Part shown: positions 25,977-38,900 of the stretch, piece by piece | Numbering within the stretch: the first letter of the stretch is position 1 | Layout of the letters: every line of letters begins with the position of its first letter | Assembly (NCBI RefSeq): GCF_040938485.1 | Contig: NW_027273089.1 | Coordinates: forward strand, 1-64,000 | Reading direction: 5' to 3' | From: Diadema antillarum | Taxonomy: Eukaryota | DNA length: 64,000 nucleotides | Position numbers and translations under genes: made by a program | Notes under the pieces: model-generated | The model's database searches: none | What the model was told of the DNA's origin: nothing | What the model saw: the letters and a program-made list of their open reading frames with translations, nothing else

Positions 25977-26759
25977 CTGTATGTATTTGTTCTTCTTCCC
26001 TGTTACATAGGGGCACCATTTTGATCTCTTGGTCTAATTCAGTCACTACATCAATTCTACTGTCAAAGTGGTATCCACATACTGTAACACACGACATATT
26101 CGCGGCTTGAAATTTTTGCGAATTGGAGCCGGTGGCCTTTTCTGCGGCATGAAATTTTCGCGAAATGCCACTGGCATTCAATGCATATAGTGTAGACAAG
26201 AACTTTTGTCTTTTTTTTTAATTTTGCAAATCTTGGCTCTCACAAAATTATAATGCAAGCGAATATTCCTCGTTTTACAGTAACGACTTAACAGAGGGTT
26301 GTTGGGCTGTATCATCACAGAGACACAATCCATCCCAACAGTCCTGCCAATTCTTTATTCCTCTCTCAATGTTTGACAACACTTTTACATGTCATTACTA
26401 CTTGCCTCCCAGAGTATACTGTAAAAATGCACATTTTTGCATGGGTAATTTTTGGTGCTCAGGTTAAATGAATTTTGCACGTTTCTAACTCTGCAGATTC
26501 AAAAGGATAACATATAATTATATATTGCAAGTGAAAACATTCGAGCACTTTTATTTCTCGCTAGTTTCATGCAGTGCGAAAAGACATCAAAATTTTCACA
26601 CACAAAAACTCCAACCTTTAAAAAATACCTCACCACAGCCTTAATACACAGCACATATTTGTTGTCACTGGCAAGGGGCCAAGGTAGTATGCCTCTGGCT
26701 TCCCAAGAGACTCCTCGGTTCAAATCAAAGTCGACGTTCATATAGCATTCTGTACAGGT

Positions 26760-27138
26760 GGAGGTGTCGTGGCCAAGTGGATAAGAGTGCACGTCTTTGC
26801 ATCACATATGCGTGGTTTGGGTTTGTGGGTTCGAGACTATGCGAAGCCCAAGACATGTTCGCCTTTCAGCAAGGCATTTTGCCCACATTGTTGCATGGGT
26901 GCCCGGTAGATTGAGAATGTTTGTGTTGGTTGATCAGCATGTGTGCGCGCCTGTAAGTTGGGCGACCGGCTGGAATGCTCCCCAGGGAGTGGAGAGTAAG
27001 CACTGTCAGTGTTGGTTGGGAATAATGTATCCAGTGACAGGGGTAATAATAGTCTGTAAAGCACACAGAAATTCTCACCAAGTCTGAAATGTGCTACATG
27101 AAGATGGCTATCATTATTATTATCATCATTATTATTAC
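26760..27138 (+). mobile_element. Full-length tRNA-derived SINE with L2-like tail
   Basis: A box GTGGCCAAGTGG, B box GGGTTCGAGAC, core ...CAGCAAGGCATTTTGCCC..., 3' CTGTAAAGCAC...GTGCTACAT then an (ATT/ATC)n tail. Confidence 0.75.
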
Positions 27139-27579
27139 AGGGACCATGCTGGTCACTCTCATGTTCAACCCTTAGCCCCTTGCATTGGGATACAAAAGGA
27201 TCTTGTTGTTTCCCTCTTATTCCTTGTAGTGCTCCAGGCATTGCACAGTTGCTCTATAAAAACTGATAAACTGATAAACACAAACACACATTTAAAAAAA
27301 AAACCACTACAATTTTGTAATCTGAAAAGTTCAGAGTGACATAATCACATCTGTCACACTAACCTTTGATTCAAAGGTGCATTTGGCCATTTCTCATACT
27401 CTTTGTGCCCCAGCCCCATGTTTTGCGATAAACAAACCACGATTTTTGCTGATCTATCACTGTATCATTATCTCTGTTACTGCGTGCTTCTACCTTCCTT
27501 TACCCCGAGATCTTCATCATCTTGATCACATGATTGATATTCCCCCAACTGTCTATGAGGTCATTACTTCCTTGTGGGG

Positions 27580-30500
27580 TCAGAGGTCATATATCCTGGC
27601 TATGATCATCTTGAGGCTCCTGTTCGGGGTCAGGTTGGTGTGACTGAGGGGAGCGTTGGTCATGGGGCTGGTGTTGCGGCTACCTCGCAGCCAGCTCTCG
27701 ATGGCCGAGCGTTCATATGTGTACCCATCTGTGTCAGTGGGACAGAGCAATGAAATAAAAACAAACAAGCCATTACATGTAAAGTGTGTGATATGAAAGC
27801 TTAAAGAGATCTAATGCGTTCAAAATACTGACAGTGTTCAAGAAGTTGCAGTTTAGACATGGCCCTTGATTACATTTAAAGGACAAGTTCACCTTCATAG
27901 ACATGTGGATTTCGTGAATGCAGCATTATTAGTTGAACACATCAGTGAAAGTTTGAGGAAAATCAGACAATCCATTCAAAAGTTATGAATTTTTGAAGTT
28001 TCTGCTCAGTCACGGCTGAATGAGTAGACTACTATAGCTTGTGATGTCACATGTGTACAACGACATAAAGAAAGAATAAAGAAAATTCAACATATTTTCA
28101 CTTTTCTCGCATAACAAAAGAACACTCGACTTCTCTCTTTCAGAAAGCAGGGGTAACAATCCCCGAAACATACATCAGTAACAAGTCGAAGAAATGTGCA
28201 CTTTATTCATTTTTTTTTTAAATTCTCTTTTTATTTTCGTTATATCGTTGTACGCATGTGACATCATACACTGTGATAGTCTTTTCATCCAGCAGTGACT
28301 GCACAGATACTTAAAAATTTCATAACTTTTGAACGGATTGTCCGATTTTCCCCCAACTTTTACTGATGTGTTTTACTATAAAATATTGTTGCCTTCGCTC
28401 AATCCACATGCATATCAAGGTGGACTTGTCCTTAAACTTGTTTCTTCAACAAACACACTAATAAAATAATCTTTTGACACTTAAGGACCTAATATTGTCA
28501 GTTGTCTTCACAATTCAAGCAATCAAGGTGGAGGCATTGTAATATAATACTATTTTTACACTTCAGGTCCTAATTTTGTCAGTTGTCATCACAAGTCAGG
28601 CTGCTCAAGGTGGAGGCATTCTGAGAGAAAAGACCTCACAGTGTATACAATATTTGAGTCCTGAAAACTTTTTAATGACATCAAGATTCAAACTGCTAAT
28701 ATGGAAGCACTTGAAGGATTTCATAGCAAAAGTCCATCATCAGATAGAGCTAAATGAAACTTTTCTAAACATATCTCATTTGTTACATTACAAGGAATAT
28801 TTTTGAAGTTATGATTAAAAATATCCCATATTTCCTCTTAATGTCATTTGTTTTTAGAAGCTTTAAAGGGATGGTACAGTATAGGTGAAGATGAGAATTG
28901 GGCTTTTAACTTTTTGCGAGATACCAAGAAAACACTTATGAAATAGTACAGAGCATACCATTCTAACAGAATTTCAAAGTTTATTTGATGAAAATCGGCT
29001 TTGGAATGATTGAAATATCCAAAAACAAAGTAAAACAAAGCGGTCGTTAAAAAAGTGTGGTTCCCACACTTTATTAGAATCATTCTGTTTTGGATATCTC
29101 AGCCATTTCAAAACCAATTTTCATCAAATAAACACTGAATTCCTCATGGAATTACATGCTCTTTCATATTTCATGAAAGGTTTCTCATTATCTCACCAAA
29201 AAATGTTAGAAGCCTGATATTAGGTCTCAACCAAAACTATACGATCTCAACTTTAGCAACAATGGAGTTAACTCGTTTTGCCATCAAACTCTCTATTTCA
29301 AGAAAGACGCAATGTGACTCACCAGCTGCTATGACCGGGTCTTTCATTATCTCTCGACTGATGGGACAAAGGTACTCATCAGGTACTTGATCATCTGTAT
29401 AATACAATGAATCAGAAAATGTGGCTCATAAAGTGCAGTCTTGACAGCTAGAAATAAAATCATTTCATGTCAAAAGAAACTGGAATCCTAGATCGTGCAG
29501 AGTACTGTTGATTTTGGATCTTGCTTTTTCAATCTCGTGTCTAGATACTATGCTGTCAACGATTCCATTGGGATAACCTTCAACAATATTTCTACATTCA
29601 AAATTTACTTGCATGAAAGAGAAATGAGTGATGTGGTGATGTTGAAAGAAAATAGGTTTTTGCAATATGCCTACACATTTCTTAAGATTCCCCCACATCA
29701 TACAGGGACTTTAAATGAGCATGTAAACCTATTTAGGAAGCAAATAATTCATATGCTTGAGCTAACTAATAATTCTGACACTGCAAGTTAATATGTTACA
29801 AACACTGGTATCACAAAACATAAGACTGACAACCTAACCACTTCCAGAAACTCTGATAAATTCTCTTCCTTCTTTTTAGTTGATGGCAAATCATATTAAA
29901 AACATACTGTTCTTCATTTCTGTGATTGTTTCACGGTAAAGTTCATTTGATTTGGGAATTTATTTCCTGTTTGTATTTGTTCATTTTCTTTTTTTGTTTT
30001 TTGGCAGTACTTTGAGTTTCATGAATAAGGATAGTAACTTTGGAGGATAAAGCGATAGTGTATTTCACCTGGTACAGGTCCTTGGGAACCAGAAAAGAAA
30101 CCCTTCTCTCTGACTGCTTGAACCCCTCGTAGGATCTTCTGACGATGACCAAGAGCCTCTGAGAGAGAGAATAGAGAGAAACCAATTGGTCGGTGTTTCA
30201 GTGCATTTTTTTCTTTTTGAATATCAACTGCTATGATGTCATGTGCCCATAATAACAACACGAATGCATATCTGAGGCGCGTAAAGTGTGCAGAAAAAAA
30301 TAACGTGAACGCATGGATACTTACACGCACCTGGCAGGCATTCGCGTTGTTCTTCTAGGCACATGAAGATTAGCTTGCCTGGAGCATGAAGTGCCTTTAT
30401 ACAGGGCTCCACACTAACTTTTTTTTTTTTGGTGGCCTGATGGGGCCACCAAAATCATCAATTTCAAATTTTGGGGGCCCGAGAGAAAAATTTGGTGGCC

Positions 30501-32905
30501 CGAAAAACCCCCAATAAAAACCAATAAAAATTATTAAAAGTCCTGTTTTTTTTTAAAAGAGTCAAATATTCAAGTTTTATCATAGTATGAATGAAGCTGG
30601 ACATATCTACTAATAAATAAACCTCAACAAACTCGCAACACTCACTCTCAGGCACTCATTCAGTCTTTTTCATCCATCCTTTAAACAAATTCAACTGCTA
30701 ATTTCTGGTGCAAAAAGTTACGAATTCATTGAAAAACTTTTCAAAAAATGTTGGTGGCCCGACTTTCCTTTTTTGTGGCCCTGGGCCACCGTGCCATCGT
30801 TAGTGTCGAGCCCTGCTTTATATAACAAATAGGTCTGATACAATTTGGAACACCAGAATAAAATTGCCTGATCTTCTCTTATTTCCTCGTCAGTTCTTTT
30901 TCTTTCTAAGACCAGAATTGACAAGTCCCAGCTCTCTCTCACTAGTGACCAACAGAAACCGCTGAAAAATTATAAAATTAGTTTGTCAATGTGATATCCT
31001 TGTTTCTGTCTCTTGTTCAATGAGGTACAGGGGTAATTCATCTTTTGTGTGCACCACTGACAGGCACTTACTCCATTGCCAGCTTGCAGACTGATTTCAT
31101 ATTATCCACACTTCTTATTAAAAGTGGAGGCCATTCCCACTAAATGACAAATAGCAGGAAGACTCTCAGGTACTGTTGTTAGTGGAATTTGAAATCGACA
31201 GGCAGTAGGAACATATGATTAGAACACACCCTAAATGATGTGTTCTGATCATATCATGATTGACATAATCTGAACAAAGGCAAAACAATACTATGAATGC
31301 TAGATACTATAGATCCTTTATGCTCTTCCAATTTAGAACATTATGATGAGAAATATCTGCTTGATTTCATTGTACTATTGTGTATTGAATGAAAAAGAAA
31401 TTAAAGAAAATGGCTTCATCATCTTCTTTCTTTGATTTGGCATGTGCATAAACTCGACCAAAAAAAAAAAAAAAAAATCAAAAATCTTTGCAGCCATTAT
31501 TTTCAGTAGAGAACACGAGGTTCACTTGTTGATCCTTCTAGCTCTAACTTCTCCTCATCTGTACGTACTGACGCCAAGGTCTCTCGACAGAGTATCGGAG
31601 GTCAGATTCTGGAGCTCCTCCCCATCTATCTGGTTGTCGCGGAAACCGCCACAGTACTCCTCCAGACCGATGCTGCTCAGCCACTCGCAGACTGCGTCCA
31701 CCGTCCACTCCGAGATGACATTGTGAGCCAGGGTTGGATTGGTCTCCTTCTCGGGGTTACTGGCGTCTCCGACAGCCGGACTCCCCTGTGGAGGCGCATC
31801 TGCATTGAGAACAATGAGCAAGGCAGGCATAATGCGATACATTCTTCTCTGAAATGACTGCATGGATGCTACTGTCTGACCTTGATTATCCAGCCACAGA
31901 CTAGCACACAATTGTTTTTGCTTTTTTCAATGCAAAGTAATGTTGCTAAAAGGAACAAAGACAGAGAGGAAAGCGCATATCCACTCATATTTCATTTCCA
32001 CATCATTTCAAATATAAGACATGTAAATATCATGTAAATCATTACAGTGAATGGTACACTAACAATGCCTTTCATATTATCCTCAACAAAATGTGCTTAC
32101 ATGTATCATGCATGAGCATATCTCATATCTCACTTATTTGGATGGGCACTGGTCCCCACATGGCCAAACGGTTGAGGTTTTGACTGTATTTCTCAATGGC
32201 ATTCACAGAAAAATCAAGATGACACTTCTCTTCATGCTGAGGACATGAAGGAAGAGGGTGGGAAGAGCAGTGGGCTCCATGTTGTTTCACTCAATCTTTT
32301 GTTTCGTAACAGTGTGATGGTTTGAAAGGCATAACATGTGCTACTTTGCTAGAAACTACTCTTTAGGCATTGGAAGGAATTTCAAAATGGTTTTGAAAAG
32401 ATGTATCATTGATACAGACATTCTTTTTATAAATGGTTCCCAAAGAGCAGCAAAGGCAAAGGACATACACACACATGAGTCTTCGTAAGCATCAACTTCA
32501 AGACAGCAAAATAGCTTCCATTTTATTCTTGTGTCTTAAACTTTATCACAACTTACTCATCAATTAGACTACAGATTGATTGACAATTAGTGTGATTGTG
32601 CTTCATAGGATGAAGTGTATCACATGCAATAACATAAAAAAAAAAGTAAAACCGATATATCGTCGCTGGGGCGATAAGACCTTGTATCTACAAAATGTCA
32701 AATGTTCAGGAGAGCCAAAAAACATGGTGGCCAAAGCACTGTGGCGAATGGGATAGCCTTTCCTTTGACATGCCGTGGTGGCTTCATTTTTGGAGTAAGA
32801 CGGTTGGGATTTGGACAGGACATCACTTAACCCATTATTTGACCATTAATCAAAAAAACTCATTTTCACCAACATTGCAGATACAAGGTCTTATCACCCC
32901 AGCGA

Positions 32906-32950
<45 letters not shown>

Positions 32951-35900
32951 CATATACATAATACTTATATGTATATTTTCCAACCACATAGAATCCTTTT
33001 TCAATATTCTTCCACTTTGCCACAAGAAAGATGGAAAAACAACCAATTTGGAGGTGAACCCTTTTTTTCCCCTCCAGAACTGTAGCTACTTAAAGCATGA
33101 AAATCAATAAAATGCAGATTTTTTTTCTCTCTTACCACAGGTATGTTCTCAAGAAAAAGTACATTTCGAATGTAAGTTTAATAAAAAGAAAACTACAGTA
33201 GAACTGGAAAGAGCCTGACTCACTCTCGCTACTGGGGAGTAAAGGTTGCTGAAAGCCCAACCTCCAAACATAGACCTTGTGATGTGAGCCAGATGCCAGG
33301 TATAGGTTGTCTGGTGAGAAAGACACTGAGGTCACATACCTAAGAGAAGATGAAATGTAAGAAAAAGTTACAAGAGAAGGTCCGCATAATATATGCCATA
33401 TACAACCGTGTATATCACATGGTTTTAATTTTTGTGAATATGCGAGTCAGGTCCTAGTGCCGAATTCAAGAACATGCATAAATATTCACTCTGATCCCAA
33501 CATGAATGCTACATGCATGCAATACATATACTTCAGGGATGATATTGAGGTTTGTTGAAAAAATCGGAAATCAAAATTTTCAGGTGATTTTCATACATGA
33601 AAAAAGCAAAATGTGTACAGACTTGAGGGGGGAAAAAATCTGAAATCAGACTTAAATCTACAGAATATAATGCCTGATACTTGTAAGCAGTACACAGTAA
33701 AAGAACAAGATGTATGATAATACTGTACTCCACAATCGCGAATTCAACCATTCACAATAGTGTTGCGAAATCCTGATTTGTGAAATATTCGACTAGCTAA
33801 ATATATTGCATATACATTATGTCATCACATCTCTTTAATCCTTACATCACTTTTGATTTCAACTATGGAGGGCCAGAAGGAATGAGTGTAGGCCTTTCAC
33901 ATTACATATTCTTGATCCTGGAGATAAATTTTGATTTCTGACACATCTGACAGGCCAGTAGGACTTTATTCTGCGTGAATTTGACAAAATTTTTGAGTGT
34001 TCGATTGTAGGTTCACAAAACTCCAATGTACCCCTTCTTGAATTAGCTGGCTAGTTCAACAACGATAAAATCACAGGAGTTTATTGACAATAATGCAACA
34101 GATATGGCTATTTAGGTGTGGTACATTAAAAAGATCATGCTTAAAAATTGATTAGAAAGCATCTATTTTAGGATTCTGGTGTGTTGATCATTTCCTAGTC
34201 CAGATCTAACATACCCACTTGTTGACTTACATCATTTTTTTTTTCAAGATTACACTAGTAACATCACTAGCATGTTCTGGGCCCCGTTGCTAGAAACTTT
34301 GCGTTTAAACGCAACTCCAAAAATCAAACGCAAGTCCTCCAAATCCCACGCAACTTTGCGTTTAAACGCAAGTCTGTTGCTGAAAGGACTTGCGTTTAAA
34401 CGCAAAGTTGCGTTTAAACGCAAGTCCCTTGCGATCAAACGCAACTTTGCGTTTGATGTAGATCAAATGCAAGCAATCAGTCACAACACAATCAAAATGG
34501 CTGCCTATGTGGTAGAACTTGAGGAGGAGGAGGAGGAGGCACTCCATCAAGCTCCTCGGCCTCATCGTACTTTCAAACAAAGGTTCTCTGCCTTGGACTC
34601 CCTCACTGACGAGGAACTCAGAAAGAAATATCGTTTCAGTAGGGATGGTATCATGCACATTGTCAACATGCTGGACAACCATCTACAGCGCGCTACAGCA
34701 AGGAGCCATGCCATCCCTACTGAACTTCAAGTTCTAATTGCCCTGAATTTCATGGCTACCGGCTCATTATTTGACTCTGTTGCGAGTATTCACGGTGTAC
34801 ACCGCAGCACAGTCTCCCGGTGCGTGCATGCTGTTGCCGAGGCCTTGTGCCAGCAGAAGAACAACGTTAGTACATTTATTTGCCTTTGTAAAATTTATTT
34901 TGTATTCTAGAACTAGATACCGACTTTCAATCAAGTCGCTATTGATATCACCACATTCATTTTAGCAATGTTCTGAAGTAAAAACTTTATTATGAAGGCC
35001 ACCGTGGCAGTCGCCACCATGAACAACTATGGCTGGGACTAAGAGTACCTGTACGAATGTTTACCGTAGTTACTATAATAGTCATTACGCTGCAGCTGAC
35101 ACTCAGCTTGCTTGCCTTGCCTTGCCTTGACTACATTTTTCCCACGTTGTTTGAAGCGAACATTCAATTGTAACTCAGCAGTCCTAGCCTTGTCTAATGT
35201 CCAGTAGTGAACTAGTACACTTGCAGAATTTCCAGACAGTCAGTTTAGCTCAGTTCAGGAAGATGTAGAACACTTTAACTCAGTTTGATTATGATAATTT
35301 GTCAGCCTTCAAATCGAGCCTTTCTGAACTTCTGCTACAGTTCAGTGGTGTACGCATCGAACAGTATCCGATCTCCTGTGATCATCGAATCGTCGTCTAC
35401 GTTTACGTGGCCTGAGAGGGCAGCAATTAATCCAGCAACTTTTTATTATTATCATTATTATTGTATTTAGAATTTTTAAAAAAAAGTTTTTTCCCTGCAA
35501 ACACTGTTTAGGGCAAAATGTTTGAATGTCATTATTAGCATCATATTCACACACTCATACACATCAGAATACAAGTGTAAACTTAAAGCACGCAGCTATA
35601 CTTTTTTTATGTACAGTTAAAGCACACTTTTTAAAGTGCAATATGACATCTTTTAAATGAAATATTTCAAAATCCTTAATAACTTTTTTAAATGAAAAAT
35701 CTGCCTCCAATAACTTGCTAGAGACATCAATGTCTCTTAATAACTTTCATAATATGACCACAATTATTTACCTTATTACCCATTCCACAATGTATGTGAA
35801 ATACCTCTAGACAATTGAAAACAATACCCTGTAATCTGTATTAATTATGAAGAGTTTGTTTGCAAAAACCGATAAGTCCATATTAGCCAAATTGAGATAT

Positions 35901-38900
35901 TTACGATTAAAGGTCAAGAAAAATAAAGAGAATAATAAGGAAATGTTTGCTTCTTTTGACCATAAGTTCAAAAATGTACCTGTATGTGTAGTGACCAATA
36001 TATCATTTAAAAAGGTATTATTTTGTACTTTATGACAGAGACAGTACTTCAAAATCTTCAAAAATGGACCTATTGGTTTTTGCGAACAAATTCGTCATAT
36101 GTTCTACATGTATATATGTATGTATGTATATACACACATATATACCTATAGAACACATAAGTCTACACACCAAACTGTAGCACCCGCCCCCATAAAGAAT
36201 AAATTAACAAAGCACCACACAAGTACTTAACAGCACAACAAAACAAAAAACATTTCCACTTTCATACATTGATGTACAAGTCAATAACATGTGTCAAATG
36301 TGTACGCACTCCATTGAAAGCGTTACTACTTATAAGATGTGCAAAGTTAAAGCAGTGAATCATGATACACACACATATACTGAATGCACCACATACATCC
36401 CACACAAAGAAATGAAAAAATTCATTGCATGTACATACATAGATAGAGATATAGATATAGATATAGATCTGTAAATATGTAACCACACAATTACACATAG
36501 TATACTGTACAAGAGAAAATGAAATAATATAAAGTTATTAGGTGTCAATGATGTGAAGAAATAATTTATTCAACATCATAATAACTTTTCATTTAACTTA
36601 TCATTGTAATGAAAAAGTACATGAATATACACGGTATAGAAAAAAACTGACAACAATAATACAAACGTCACGTACGTAGATGTAAGTACCACATACTGTG
36701 AGTATTGTATTCTAGACCTTTTGCGATGTTATTTGAAATGTTCAATTACATGTAGAACAATTTGTCTTGTCAACAAATTTCAGGTCATCAAATTTCCCCA
36801 TGCCCCAGAAGTTGTGGCCTCAACTGTGGAGCAGTTTCACAACATTGCGGGATTCCCAAGAGTCGTAAGCGTGATAGACTGCACGCATGTCAGTCTCCAC
36901 GGATGCCACCTCGGGGAAGACGAATATGTTTACATAAATCGTAAGGGAAGGTGTACAGTAAATGTTCAGCTGGCATGCGATGCCAAGTTCAGGATAACCA
37001 ACTGTGTTGCGCGATGGCCAGGCAGCACACATGATAGCCGCATATTTCAGGTAAGTTCTCTCGATAATGATAATACAATTTGAAAATGCACCATTTTTTC
37101 TGCTTTAAATCTCACAAACTTGACCATATGTATCGAAAGAGTTGATACAGTTTCATAACAAATTACGATTTAAATGAGTTTGACACTAGCTGTTATGAAA
37201 TAGCACCTTTCAGAATTTACATTGCTTTAAAAGTCTTGATGATGTTAAAACAAGAAATAGTACTGCAGCACAAGGCCATCAATGTATATTTCCTTAGGCA
37301 ATGAGTCAATGATACTATGAAACAAAATAAACTAAATGCAATAAAATTTGAAAAGTCAATGTGAGAAAATTGATATTACCTTCACTCAAAAAAAAAGAGA
37401 AAAACATGTCATAATTGCAGTCACACTTATATATAAAAATATAAATAATTGTTGGTTGACTGAATACAAAAAACCAAAAACATTACTTTATTTTCTTACA
37501 AGTTTGTATTGTATCACAAACTGTTATCACAGAACAGCAGACTCTTCCAGAAGTTTGAAAGTGGCCAACTTCAAGGCATACTGCTCGGAGATTCTGGGTA
37601 TCCCTTGCTTCCATACCTCATGACCCCAATACTGAATCCTCAAACAAGAGCAGAACATGCATACAACCAGTAAGTAACCAAGTATGTCAAATTCTACAGT
37701 AAATATTATGGTACATGTTTTCAAAACATAACATGACATAGTGTTCATTGAATAACATCTTCCTTCTTTTTAGAAAATGGTGAACACTGAAGTTATTTCA
37801 CAGATATCTTATCTTTGTGTATTGCATTGCTATCATTTACTTTGTATTTCTTTTACATCAACAAATGTATTCAATCTTTTCTTCTCTGAATGATTACACA
37901 CTGTGGTACTACACCCTCAGACCAAACTAAAAATGAAGAAAGCTTACCGGTATATACAACCTTCACTGTACTGTAACTCTATCTAGGAAAAAAAAAAAAG
38001 ATCTGTTCATTACAACACTAATATATATTGGTAGATATCTGTTTACAGTTGAATACAGTTACTCCAAAATTATTTATTTTGGCAAAATTCTGATAGACAG
38101 CTTCTTTCAAGCAATTCTGTGGCATTTGACACAATTACCTCTTATAACAGTGTTGTATAATACATCATTGTACAGGAGGTTATGCATATAAATGTAATGT
38201 ACCCTTTCACTGTGAAAATGCCTCACTTTATATTTTGATGTCTGGGCAAAAAATGTCTTCATTTTCAATTTGTAGGAGGGTAAGACAACATTAATGTTGA
38301 CATTTTTTCTTTGTTTTTTTCTAATTTCATCTACAAATCTACAGTGCACATGTTCACACCAGGTCCATCATTGAGCAACTCAACGGCCAGATCAAAAACA
38401 AATTTCGTTGTTTAATCGGCCATGGACTGCAAATTTCCCCCCAGCGAGCCTGCAATATCATCACAGCAGCGTGTGTCCTGTTTAACATCTCAAAGGATCT
38501 GGGTGGACACGACATGGATGACGACTTCGCACCTGCCAACGAAGATGCTGCAATGGAGTTCGTCAACAGAAATGTGGACCCAGCAGCCGCAGCTGTGCGA
38601 GCAGAGATAGTCCGTGCATTTGATGCCTAGGTTTCTTTGGACCATAAGTACAGCATACATGTGCTTTTATGCCTCAGCCATGAAGTGTTACTTTTGGGGT
38701 TCGGGGGTTATCCGTATGTCAAGTTGTTCCAAAATCTATCTTGTGAAGAGTGTCAATTAGAAAAAAAAATAGTGAACAGAGCTGTGCCTATCAACTCCTG
38801 GTTGCACATGCTCAATAAGATTAAAGGTTAAAGTCAAATTCTTAAAAACATCACAATTACTCCTATATACATGCATTGCCTGAAAGTACTTCATTGCAAC

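Noticed and set aside
26670-26735. tRNA-like fragment with B box GGTTCAAATC
   Set aside because: A box degenerate and no cloverleaf; at most a decayed SINE head.
20000-27500. Additional protein-coding gene between the CYP and WDSUB1
   Set aside because: ORFs here are short, lack motifs and overlap repeats; the region is consistent with WDSUB1 3' UTR or intergenic DNA.
34299-34453. CRISPR-like array (palindromic repeats with spacers)
   Set aside because: Irregular 2-41-bp spacing, eukaryotic context, no cas genes; explained as transposon subterminal repeats.
34272-34496. 75-aa N-terminal extension of the transposase ORF
   Set aside because: It begins outside the TIR and reads through the palindromic array. 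ATG 34497 (AAAATGG) has the better context and gives a family-typical length.
35001-35042. Strong Kozak GCCACCATG micro-ORF (MNNYGWD) in transposase intron 1
   Set aside because: Seven codons only, with no supporting promoter or splice evidence.
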